This document shows, piece after piece, positions 9,056-17,400 of a stretch of 19,077 nucleotides of DNA. The DNA comes from an uncultured Deferribacteres bacterium (lineage in GTDB: Bacteria > Zhuqueibacterota > Zhuqueibacteria > Zhuqueibacterales > Geothermadaptataceae), in contig CAXHAT010000155.1 in NCBI GenBank assembly GCA_964014485.1, positions 1 through 19,077 on the forward strand, read 5' to 3'. Made by a program: the position numbers and the translations under genes. Numbering within the stretch: the stretch's first letter is position 1; the number at the start of each line of letters is the position of its first letter. The notes beneath the pieces are model-generated. The model was given only the letters and a program-made list of their open reading frames with translations. It was not told the DNA's origin and did not search any database.

Positions 9056-9345
9056 TTACTTCATCAACAACAATTTCTTCTGCGCGCTGAATTGCTGCCC
9101 GGCTTTGATGGTGTAGAGATAAACCCCCCTCGCTACTCTAACGCCGGAATTGTCACGCGCATCCCAAACGACCTTGTGCGCACCCGGCGCATACTCACCC
9201 GAAACCAAAGTGCGCACCAACTGCCCCGCACTGTTGTAAATGTTCAGCGAAACATGCCCCGCTTCAATCAAATCATACTGAATCGTCGTGCTCGAATTGA
9301 AAGGCACACGGTCAAAAATATAGCTGAGTTTAAGAGTCGTTTCAT
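9056..9345 (-). pseudogene. Internally deleted secreted-protein gene: signal-peptide start joined out of frame to a FlgD-like/T9SS-type C-terminal sorting domain
   Basis: AAGGA RBS and ATG at 9345 give MKRLLNSAIFLTVCL, which stops after 25 codons. A different frame (9307-9056) encodes PFNSSTTIQYDL...GQLVRTLV...WDARD...GVYLYTI...KKLLLMK, beginning mid-motif (lacks QNYPN). Confidence 0.7.
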
Positions 9346-9369
9346 GGCGTTTTCCTTTTTAAATTGAAT

Positions 9370-9398
9370 TTGCAATCACATCCTTGTTTTTGTATCAC
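9370..9398 (+). promoter_or_regulatory. Putative sigma70 promoter of the RHH gene
   Basis: TTGCAA-17 nt-TATCAC, followed by AGGAG RBS at 9412-9416. Confidence 0.4.
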
Positions 9399-9421
9399 TT
9401 CAAGAACTTACAGGAGATCTT

Positions 9422-9688
9422 ATGTCAGAAATCGTTATTCAACTCGATGATCAGTTAGCCTCACGCCTCTCCCGCGTTGCATCGGAGGAATTCAACGGGG
9501 ACAAAAGCGCCGTCATCTCCGAAGCGCTTTTGCTCTTGTTTCTGCAGCCGATTGCCCCGAAACGCCGCAAGTTGGCGCAATCTATTTATGAACTGCGCGA
9601 ACAAGCGAGAAACAGCGGCGGAGTGAGCGATCAAGAAATTTCGCAATTAGTTCACCGATATCGCGACGGTAACAATAAGCGTTCATGA
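9422..9688 (+). CDS. Ribbon-helix-helix (CopG-like) protein, probable orphan antitoxin
   Basis: MSEIVIQLDDQLASRLSRVA...DKSAVISEAL fits the RHH beta-helix-helix pattern. C-terminal GVSDQEISQLVHRYR. Strong RBS. Confidence 0.7.
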   Translation: MSEIVIQLDDQLASRLSRVASEEFNGDKSAVISEALLLLFLQPIAPKRRKLAQSIYELREQARNSGGVSDQEISQLVHRYRDGNNKRS

Positions 9689-9757
9689 TTTCTGAGTTGG
9701 AAAAACACTATCCAGAATAATTATTGTATCGATATCGACAGCCAAAACCTTCGAGTC

Positions 9758-10783
9758 TTACTCAAACCCTGAAATGCAATCCGCGTCATTCTTGATAAAC
9801 GTATTGACGCCGCCGGCCTGAATAATATCACAATCACTGTTGCCGGTCGCTTCGTTCTTTTTGATCACGTTGCCGGAAGAATTGAAAACATCGATCCCGC
9901 GATAGTTGTTGTTGATTTTGTTGTCTGAACCGACTTCGTTGTGATCGGTGTTGTACAACAGAATGCCTGTCGCTTGTTCGGCGTCGCTCACAACGTTGTC
10001 TTTGAGTTCGTTATTCTCACAGTTGTTGAGCAGAATGATTCCCACATCGTCAGCTTGCAGAATCGTATTGCCGCTGATTTCATTGTCGTTGCTCCAGAGT
10101 TGCAAAAAGATAGAAAATTCCCCTTCTACGAAATGGTTGTCTTCAATGCGATTGCCGCTGCTTACGCTCAGGACAACGTCCCTCGATGCGTTGAAGCTGG
10201 TGTTTCCTTTGACTTTACAATTTGTAGCGAGTTCTAGGGCTATGACGCTCGCACAATGTTCGAAACTGTTGTCTTCGACCTCCACGCCGTCAGAGCTTGC
10301 GATCAAGACGCCGATCTGCACATTGTCGAAATGAAACTTGTTGACCGACCCGCCTGAAACGCCGTCGAAAAAGACGGCGTCCCGCATGATGACTTCGCCC
10401 TCCGCCGTTAATTCAATATCATCAGTCGTCACAATGACATATTCATTGTAAGTTCCCGCTTTGACCTTGATTTTCGTCCCCGGCGCCGCCGCGTCGACGG
10501 CTTGCTGGATGGTTGGGAAATCGTCCGGTACCGTGATTTTTGAGCCGTGCAAAATTTTGTCAGCGGTTCGTCTGGCGAGCACAACTTTGCGCTCGGCGAT
10601 GCGCTGACGCATTTTCTCGGAGAAAGCTTCTATTCCGCCCCGATGCTCCTCGGCGGCCAGGCGTATTTTCTTCAATCTGACCGGTTCGTCGTTGGGTTGC
10701 ACGGACGTTGGATTTTCCACGGAACCGCAAGCAACGAAAACGGACAAACTCAGCAAGAAACCGGATTTCAACAGAGATTTCAT
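9758..10783 (-). CDS. Lipoprotein with right-handed parallel beta-helix (NosD/pectin-lyase-like)
   Basis: Lipobox FVAC/G. Cap motif VPDDFPTIQQAVDAAAPG..I.VKAGTY.E. Repeated GI.L..S..N.I..N turns. GAGGA RBS. Confidence 0.85.
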   Translation of the reverse strand: MKSLLKSGFLLSLSVFVACGSVENPTSVQPNDEPVRLKKIRLAAEEHRGGIEAFSEKMRQRIAERKVVLARRTADKILHGSKITVPDDFPTIQQAVDAAAPGTKIKVKAGTYNEYVIVTTDDIELTAEGEVIMRDAVFFDGVSGGSVNKFHFDNVQIGVLIASSDGVEVEDNSFEHCASVIALELATNCKVKGNTSFNASRDVVLSVSSGNRIEDNHFVEGEFSIFLQLWSNDNEISGNTILQADDVGIILLNNCENNELKDNVVSDAEQATGILLYNTDHNEVGSDNKINNNYRGIDVFNSSGNVIKKNEATGNSDCDIIQAGGVNTFIKNDADCISGFE

Positions 10784-10859
10784 GGATTATTCCTCAATTT
10801 AATTGTGAAAAATACAGCATTGCTTATATCGATTGTCATGGTTGTAAGAACCCGTCGTC

Positions 10860-10888
10860 TTGACTTTAACTATTGCGGATTGTATACT
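10860..10888 (+). promoter_or_regulatory. Sigma70-type promoter of the MNT-HEPN pair
   Basis: TTGACT (10860-10865)-17 nt-TATACT (10883-10888); each box is 5/6 consensus. Confidence 0.65.
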
Positions 10889-10936
10889 GAAAACACGTCA
10901 AAAACTGCGCGCTGACTGACTTTGAGCAAACGAAAA

Positions 10937-11314
10937 ATGGAAATCGTGAAAAACGCCAAAACCAAAGCTTCCATCCAACGAAAACAAGAGCTCGAGCGTG
11001 AGTTAGATCGAATTCTACCCATCATCATCGAGAAATATCAGCCGGAAAAGATCATTCTTTTCGGCTCGCTTTCAACCGGTGAAGTGCATGAATGGAGCGA
11101 CCTCGATTTGGCCGTTATTAAGGAAACCAGCCTGAACTACTTCGATCGTTTGTTCGAGCTCAAAAAAATGCTTCATTCAAAACTCGCGACAGACCTGTTT
11201 ATCTATCGGCCCGACGAATTCGCCAGGCGCCGAGCGGAAAACCACTACTTTGTCACCGATGAAATAATCGGCAAAGGGAGAACAATTTATGAGCGCCGCT
11301 CAAGACTGGCTTAA
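10937..11314 (+). CDS. Minimal nucleotidyltransferase (MNT) domain protein
   Basis: KIILFGSLSTGEVHEWSDLDLAVI is the GS-x10-DxD motif. ATG at 10937 (alternative starts TTG 10922, GTG 10946). Confidence 0.88.
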   Translation: MEIVKNAKTKASIQRKQELERELDRILPIIIEKYQPEKIILFGSLSTGEVHEWSDLDLAVIKETSLNYFDRLFELKKMLHSKLATDLFIYRPDEFARRRAENHYFVTDEIIGKGRTIYERRSRLA

Positions 11315-11678
11315 ATTTGCCTGGGACGATCTTCGTTCCGCCGAAATTCTGATCGAAGAAAACATTTTCAACATGGTATGTTTTCACGCGCAGCAAGGCG
11401 CCGAGAAATCGCTCAAGGCATTCCTGCGGCAGCACGAAAACAAGGTTCCGTTCATCCATATTCTGGAAGAGCTTTGTGAACGATGCACCAGAATCGATCC
11501 GGCGTTTTCCCGTTTTCGAGAAAGCTGCGTCGCCATGGATATTTTCTACCAGCCGACGCGCTATCCCGAAGCGCCTGCCGGCTCGTTACCCGAAGGTTTG
11601 CCAAATCGGGAACAAGCCGAAAGTGCGTTGCAAGACGCCAAAGAAATTTTCAAGTTCGTCAGTGATCAACTTTCCTGA
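11289..11678 (+). CDS. HEPN domain protein (PF05168-type), partner of MNT
   Basis: WLKFAWDDLRSA...VCFHAQQGAEKSLKAFL...FIHILEEL...YQPTRYP. Overlaps the MNT gene by 26 nt. Confidence 0.9.
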   Translation: MSAAQDWLKFAWDDLRSAEILIEENIFNMVCFHAQQGAEKSLKAFLRQHENKVPFIHILEELCERCTRIDPAFSRFRESCVAMDIFYQPTRYPEAPAGSLPEGLPNREQAESALQDAKEIFKFVSDQLS

Positions 11679-11682
11679 GCGC

Positions 11683-11707
11683 GCGCTCGTCGAGCCTCGA
11701 CGAGCGC
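11683..11707. terminator. GC-rich hairpin between convergent genes (terminator or REP-like)
   Basis: GCGCTCGTCGAG-C-CTCGACGAGCGC, a perfect 12-bp inverted repeat. No clear U tract. Confidence 0.45.
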
Positions 11708-11724
11708 TTGGACTGCTAAATTTT

Positions 11725-11754
11725 CCATTCACGATTTCCGATTACCGATTCACG
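11725..11754. repeat. Degenerate 7-bp tandem repeat (CGATTNN x4)
   Basis: CCATTCA CGATTTC CGATTAC CGATTCA CG. Confidence 0.55.
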
Positions 11755-11758
11755 CTCA

Positions 11759-13612
11759 TCATTTCATCAATAATAATTTCCGATTGGCGCGAAAATCCTG
11801 TCCCGCTCGAATCGTGTACAGATACATGCCGCTGGCCACGCGAAGGCCCCGATCGTCGCGCGCATCCCAAACGATCTTGTACGCTCCCGCCGAATAATCA
11901 TTGTTCACCAGCGTGCGGACGTGCTGTCCCGCGCTGTTGAAAATGTCGATGCGCACGTCGTGCGTTTCCGGCAGGTCGAAGCGGATCGTCGTCGTCGGGT
12001 TGAACGGATTGGGATAATTTTGATAAAGCGCGAAGGATTCAGGGATTGCTTCAATCCCGAATTCGTCCGTCACTCTGGCGACCTTTGCCGCGCTCTCGCA
12101 ACGATCCAGCGCGCTGCAATAGTTTTCCCACGCCTTGCTGTAATCCTTGATCGCGTCGCCGAAGTAACCGTCGTCGTATTCTTCATTCCCGGCGTCAAAA
12201 TCCTTGTCGCCGTCTTCAATGTCGTCGGCCATTTTGCCCGACGGTGTTGGATCGCAGACCAGCGCTTCTTCTTTTTTCTCGGCGGCGATGTGTTTGGCGA
12301 GATCGGCGAATTCCGTTGCAATGGCGTCCGTGTCGGCGTTTTCGTCGCGCGCTTCTTCCAAAGCGTCGGCGACGTCGCGCATCGCGTCGAACAGGTCTTC
12401 GGTTTCACCGTCAATCGCGGCTTGCTGCGCTTCAGCACAGGCCGTTTGTGCGTCTTCGAGAAATTCAATCGCGTCTTCCGGCGTGCCGGGATCGTCGATC
12501 ATCGTCTGAATCGCGGCGCATTGGGCGGCGATGTGATCGGCGAAACTGGTGACGGTGACGATCACGTCGTCAGTACTTTCACAGCCGTTTTCGTCGGTCA
12601 CGGTGACCGTGTAGGTCGTGGTCGCCGCCGGTTCGGCGATAGGATTTTCCGCCGTCGGATCATCCAGCCCGTCAACGGGCGTCCAGGCGTAGGTCAAAGT
12701 TCCCGTTCCTTGCGATCCCGTCGGGGCGCCGCCGATTTGGATTTCAGCGCCCGCCAAAACGCTCACGTCCGCACCGGCGTCGGCGGTGACATGATTGATC
12801 GTTTCCAGGCAAAAACTGCTGACCGTCCAGCGCGAGAATTGATCGATGTTTGATTGCGTCACGGTGTTGGCGCTGTCGTCGGCGCTTCCGTTGAAGTTTT
12901 CCCAATTCGTTCCAGCGTCGGGCGAACGGAAAAGCCGGAGATCAGCCTCGGTGTTGCCGTTGATTTCGGAATCGTCATAGCGGAAAGCAACGGTCGCATC
13001 CAGCCCCGAATTTGTCGCGGGGGAAATATCAAAATAACGCAAAACGCTCTCATTGCCGTTGCCGGTTTGGGCGGCGTGACCGCGAATGATCTGCGTCTGA
13101 CCCAAACTGACGGCGGTGGTGATTTCAAAACCAAGTCCAGCGACGTTTTCGTTGGTCAAAACGCCCAAAGTGCGCGTGGTTTCGATGTGCCCACTCGTTC
13201 CTTTGACCGTGTTTCCGTCGGTCTCGGACAACAGCGCGTTCGCGCCCAGAGTGACAACTTTCCCGTTAAGATCGAGACCGCCGTCGGTCAGGCTCAACAT
13301 GCCGTCAACGGTGAAACTGCCGCCCGCCTGCGCGTCGCCGCCGGATTTGTTGAGTGTCAAATGATGAAAATTGCCGTTGGGATTGACGATGGTTTGCGCG
13401 CCTGAGCCGTTGAGCAAAATCGTGCTCGAACCGGGGACAAGCGTTCCATTGTTGGTCCAATTGCCGTCGAGGGAAATTTCGAGCGCGCCGGTGACTTCGG
13501 TTGTCACATTTGACGACGTTTCGACGGAGATTTGCGCGCCGAGATGCGTCGCGGCGGTCAGCAGGCACAGCGTGCCCGTCGTCAGGATTCTTTTAAATTT
13601 CAGGTTTTTCAT
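11759..13612 (-). CDS. Secreted multidomain protein (617 aa): beta-solenoid-like N-terminus, beta-sandwich, PKD/Ig-like domain, acidic helical domain, FlgD-like/T9SS-type C-terminal sorting domain
   Basis: ATG at 13612 with AGGA RBS gives signal peptide MKNLKFKRILTTGTLCLLTAATHLGA-Q. ADAGAD...TYAWTP...TTTYTVTVTDENGC is a PKD-like unit. C-terminus FALYQNYPNPFNPTTTIRFDL...SGMYLY...KLLLMK. Confidence 0.85.
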   Translation of the reverse strand: MKNLKFKRILTTGTLCLLTAATHLGAQISVETSSNVTTEVTGALEISLDGNWTNNGTLVPGSSTILLNGSGAQTIVNPNGNFHHLTLNKSGGDAQAGGSFTVDGMLSLTDGGLDLNGKVVTLGANALLSETDGNTVKGTSGHIETTRTLGVLTNENVAGLGFEITTAVSLGQTQIIRGHAAQTGNGNESVLRYFDISPATNSGLDATVAFRYDDSEINGNTEADLRLFRSPDAGTNWENFNGSADDSANTVTQSNIDQFSRWTVSSFCLETINHVTADAGADVSVLAGAEIQIGGAPTGSQGTGTLTYAWTPVDGLDDPTAENPIAEPAATTTYTVTVTDENGCESTDDVIVTVTSFADHIAAQCAAIQTMIDDPGTPEDAIEFLEDAQTACAEAQQAAIDGETEDLFDAMRDVADALEEARDENADTDAIATEFADLAKHIAAEKKEEALVCDPTPSGKMADDIEDGDKDFDAGNEEYDDGYFGDAIKDYSKAWENYCSALDRCESAAKVARVTDEFGIEAIPESFALYQNYPNPFNPTTTIRFDLPETHDVRIDIFNSAGQHVRTLVNNDYSAGAYKIVWDARDDRGLRVASGMYLYTIRAGQDFRANRKLLLMK

Positions 13613-13766
13613 GGGACGGTTCCTGTAGCTTTTTGAAAAGGTTATTGGCTGACAATGTTGTTGCTGAATCTTGATGTTGCGGTTAAAAGCTTGATTCACG
13701 CGATTACCATTGTTACATTTTGACTCAAATATCGCATCAATAAAATCCTTACATGAAGGCTCGAAA

Positions 13767-14018
13767 ATGTTGTTGACGATTGAAGGCGTTTATAAAAACG
13801 GCGCGGTCGAATTGAAAGAGCGCCCAAAAGCCCTGGAAAACGGGTCTCCGGTGATCGTGACGTTTCTAAAGTCCGGCAAAATCGATTTACAAGCGCACGG
13901 TATTGACCGTAAGCAAGCCGCGGAATTGCGCGCAAAACTCGCATCATTCGCTGAAGAATGGGACAGCCCGGAAATGGATGCCTACGACAACTATGACGCG
14001 AATAAGGCCAATGTATAA
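13767..14018 (+). CDS. Putative antitoxin (DUF104/AF2212-like N-terminus)
   Basis: MLLTIEGVYKNGAVEL..P......VIVTFL with acidic tail EEWDSPEMDAYDNY. Overlaps the downstream toxin start by 8 nt. Confidence 0.75.
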   Translation: MLLTIEGVYKNGAVELKERPKALENGSPVIVTFLKSGKIDLQAHGIDRKQAAELRAKLASFAEEWDSPEMDAYDNYDANKANV

Positions 14019-14352
14019 TCGCGGCGACGTCATCCTGGTTTTGTTCCCGCATTCCGATCTTATGAGTGCGAAAACACGCCCCGCCCTGGTCGTGCAGGCC
14101 GACGATCTGCGAACGGATTTGCAGCAAATCGTCGTCGCCATGATCACCAGCAGAATGTTTCGCGCCAACCATCCCAGCCGAGTCGCCGTTCATCTCTCCG
14201 ATGCGATTGGCGAAAACTCCGGCCTGCTTGCCGATTCCGTTGTCATGACCGATAATCTCGTCACGGTCGCGGAATCCGTCATCGACCGAAAAATCGGCGT
14301 TATCCCGATGCAACAAATCGACAAGGCCTTGCATCACACGCTCGGCTTGTAA
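14011..14352 (+). CDS. PemK/MazF family type II toxin (endoribonuclease)
   Basis: MYNRGDVILVLFPHSD...KTRPALVVQ...IVVAMITS...GLLADSVVMTDNLVTV...IDRKIG...IDKALHHTLGL. Confidence 0.92.
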   Translation: MYNRGDVILVLFPHSDLMSAKTRPALVVQADDLRTDLQQIVVAMITSRMFRANHPSRVAVHLSDAIGENSGLLADSVVMTDNLVTVAESVIDRKIGVIPMQQIDKALHHTLGL

Positions 14353-14412
14353 GTTCAGGGGGAGCATCGTTCCTTCGCAAGATTTCCACAGCATTAATAA
14401 ATCACCATTTTA

Positions 14413-14471
14413 GACGGGATGAACAGGATCGACTGGATCAAAACAATCCTGTCAATCCAGTTGATCCTGTC
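14413..14471. repeat. Imperfect palindrome built from 9-bp NNACNGGAT units (copy 1), just downstream of fibre gene 1
   Basis: GACGGGAT GAACAGGAT CGACTGGAT - 7 nt - ATCCTGTCA ATCCAGTTG ATCCTGTC. Confidence 0.7.
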
Positions 14472-14478
14472 AAAAAAA

Positions 14479-17400
14479 TTATTCGTCTATTGTTTGGGTC
14501 GTCAATTTCACGGTCGAATTAGCATTCATTTGCCGCAGAGCCACTTCGATTTGCGCGACTTTGGCTTGCAGGCCGTTCAATGAAGCGACTTCCTTTGTAA
14601 GCGAATCATTTTGCGTCTTGAGCGTGTCATTTTCCTGCTTAAGTTCTTTCACCGCTTCGATCAAAACCGCCACCAAGCGCGGGTAATCCACCGATTTGGC
14701 GTCGACGCCGTTTTCTTCGTAGGCCACGATTTCGGGAATGACCGCGCCGACTTCTTCAGCGATCAGACCAATGTCGTGCTTGCCGGTTTCCTTCCAATCG
14801 TAGGTGACGCCGCGCAGTTGCTGCACGGTTTCGAGAGCGTTGTTGATGGTTTGAATATTTGTTTTCCAGCGGCGTGAACTGGGAGTGGTGTGAGCGTCCG
14901 CCAAGGCGTTGCCGTTGACGTGCAGTTTTTCGGTTGGGTTGTTAACACCGATGCCGACATTGCCGGTGAAATCCGCGGAACCGGCAACCGAAAAGGCATT
15001 GGTTGGCGCCGCCGTGCCGACGCCGATGCGGCCCGAGTCTCGCTCGATGGAAAGATGTGGGCCGCTTTCGCTCCCGTTCTTGCCCAGAATATCGAAACGA
15101 TCCGCTGCCCCATTGTATCGCAGAACCATTCCTTGCGAAACGCCGGTATTTTCGCTCAACATGAATTCCGCGTTGGCATTCAGGCCGGACGAGGAAAGCG
15201 CTTGAACTACAGATCCAGCCCCGAAAACATGCAGGTCGGCCGCGGGCGAGCTGGAAAAAGAACCTACCGCCACCTTACCGGTTCCGTCCACAAAAACGCC
15301 CTCATTGTCGCCGTCACCTGATAGTCGATTGCCGTTGAGATTGAGCGTTTGTGTAACGGTGTGGTTGCCCAAATTGTCGCCAGCTATACCTGTCAGCGCC
15401 GAGCCGTCGCCGACGAAGGCGGTGGCTGTCACCGTACCGGAGACGTCGAGTCTGGAAGTTGGTGTTGTCGTACCAATGCCGACATTACCACTGCCTTTGA
15501 TGGTCATGGTCATTGATTCCGATCCCCGCGCTCCGGTGTAAAATTCCGTATCGGCATTATTGAGGTTCCCCCTAAAAAGCAGCCGTGTGGCCTGGTTGTT
15601 GGACTGGTCGTTGGTTGTTAGTTCCATCGTCGATATACCGCCCACTTGGTTTTGGGTGATACCGACTACTTTTGTAGCGCCATTACCAAGAATCGTCAGT
15701 GGTGCAACAGGCGTCGTCGTGCCGATACCAACATTGCCGCTGTTGTCGACAAAAACGCCTTCACTGTCGCCATCACCGGAAAGGTAGTTGCCGTTGAGAT
15801 TGAGCGCCTGCGCGGCGGTGTGATTGCCCAAGTCATCGCCGGAAATGCCGGTCAAACCAGAGCCGTCGCCGACGAAAGCCGCGGCAGTGACAGTGCCGCC
15901 GTTGGTTATGTCGTTAGTGTTGAGATCGAGCGTTTGCGTGGCGGTGTGGTTGCCCAAATCATCGCCGGGCGCCGTGATACCGGTCAAGCCCGAGCCGTCG
16001 CCAACGAAGGCGGTGGCGGTGACGGTGCCGTTGACGTCGAGTGCGGTGGCGGGATTGTTTTTGTTAATGCCGACGCCGTTGCCCGCACGGACAAGAAACT
16101 GGTTGGCTGCCGTGGAGGTAAAAGCAGTATTCGTTCCATCCGCCCAGACGAAGGCGCCTTTGTGATTGGCCTGAGCCCGGTTTCCCGCCGCAAAACTAAA
16201 ATCTCCACCAGCTTCGTTTAATACCCCTCCGGGCGCCACGGAGTACTGACCACTGGCAACATTTTGATTACCGCCGCCAACGGCAGAGAACAGGCCGTTG
16301 GCCGTATTAAACGTGCCGCCTCCAACATTAGCGTTAATATCGGCAGTATTACTCGCACCCCCGCTTATAGTCCCGCCGGACCCTGTCACTGAATTGGTGA
16401 AGCCTCCGCTAATGGTTGCATTGTAACTGCCGGAACTGACGTTGTTTTGTGGAGCGCCGCCAATAACGTTCGGCTGAATGCTTGAACCTGCTCCTGCGTA
16501 CTCCAGCCGCAGAAAGCGAACATTGTTGACGCGGAAGTCAAGCGGCATGTCATCCGTCGTGCCGATAAAATTGACCGTAGTATCCGTACCAGCGTTTCCG
16601 GTCAGACTCCAGCCATTGCCAGGGGGCAGATTGGTCAAACCCGAGCCGTCGCCGACAAAAGCCGCAGCGGTGACCGTGCCGCCGTTGGTGATGTCGTTAG
16701 CGGCGAGATCGAGCGCTTGCGTGGCCGTGTGATCGCCGAGATCATCGCCAGACGCGGCAATGCCGGTCAAACCCGAGCCGTCGCCGACAAAAGCCGCGGC
16801 GGTGACCGTGCCGCCGTTGGTGATGTCGTTAGCGGCGAGATCGAGCGTTTGTGTAGCGGTGTGATTGCCCAAATCATCGCCGGGCGCGGCAATGCCGGTA
16901 AGCTCTGAGCCGTCGCCGACGAATTTATTTGCTGTTACAGTGCCGTTGACGTCGAGCGCAGTGGCGGGGTTGTTTTTATTTATGCCGACGCCGCCGTCAG
17001 CGCGAATCAGGAACTGATAGTTAGCAGTGGAATAAAAGGAATCGGCTGCAACTGATGTTTTGTCATCACTCCAGACAAATGTTCCGCGATGATTGGCTTT
17101 CGCAAGCTCTCCGCCAGCAAAGCTGTTCGATGCAGCAGCAGAGTTGAAAGATCCTCCGGCGACGACTGAACGCAGCCCGCTGGCAATGTTATCTAGTCCG
17201 CCAATGACAGTGGAACCATCTCCAGATGCTTTATTATCATTTCCACCTGAGACGGTCGCCTCAATATTACTGGCTTCATTTCGCCGCCCGCCGCCTACAA
17301 ATGCAAAATTACCGCTGGCAATATTATCTTCCCCTCCGCTCACGGCCGCACTCTCCCCGCTGGCGGTATTGTCATTCCCGCCGGCTATTGTTGCGCTTAT

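Noticed and set aside
9307..9345. Programmed frameshift or phase variation at the T5 run joining signal peptide and sorting domain
   Set aside because: The run is short, and restoring the frame would give an incomplete signal peptide fused to a truncated domain. A deletion explains it better.
11921..13405. Long + strand ORFs (310 aa, 183 aa), and similar ones at 7806-8696, 13696-14394, 43-675 and 14611-17814
   Set aside because: They are antisense shadows of well-supported genes, with no recognisable motifs.
13612..13766. Longer ORF-track starts (13699, 13710; likewise 13903 and 17979)
   Set aside because: Downstream ATGs have better RBS, signal-peptide or family N-terminus support, and the extensions run through intergenic repeats or neighbouring genes.
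9000..14471. Classical integron cassette array
   Set aside because: No intI, no recurring attC with RYYYAAC...GTTRRRY ends identified, and the intergenic hairpins are unrelated to each other.
15300..16990. CRISPR array
   Set aside because: The repeats are 132-bp in-frame coding units without unique spacers, and there are no cas genes.
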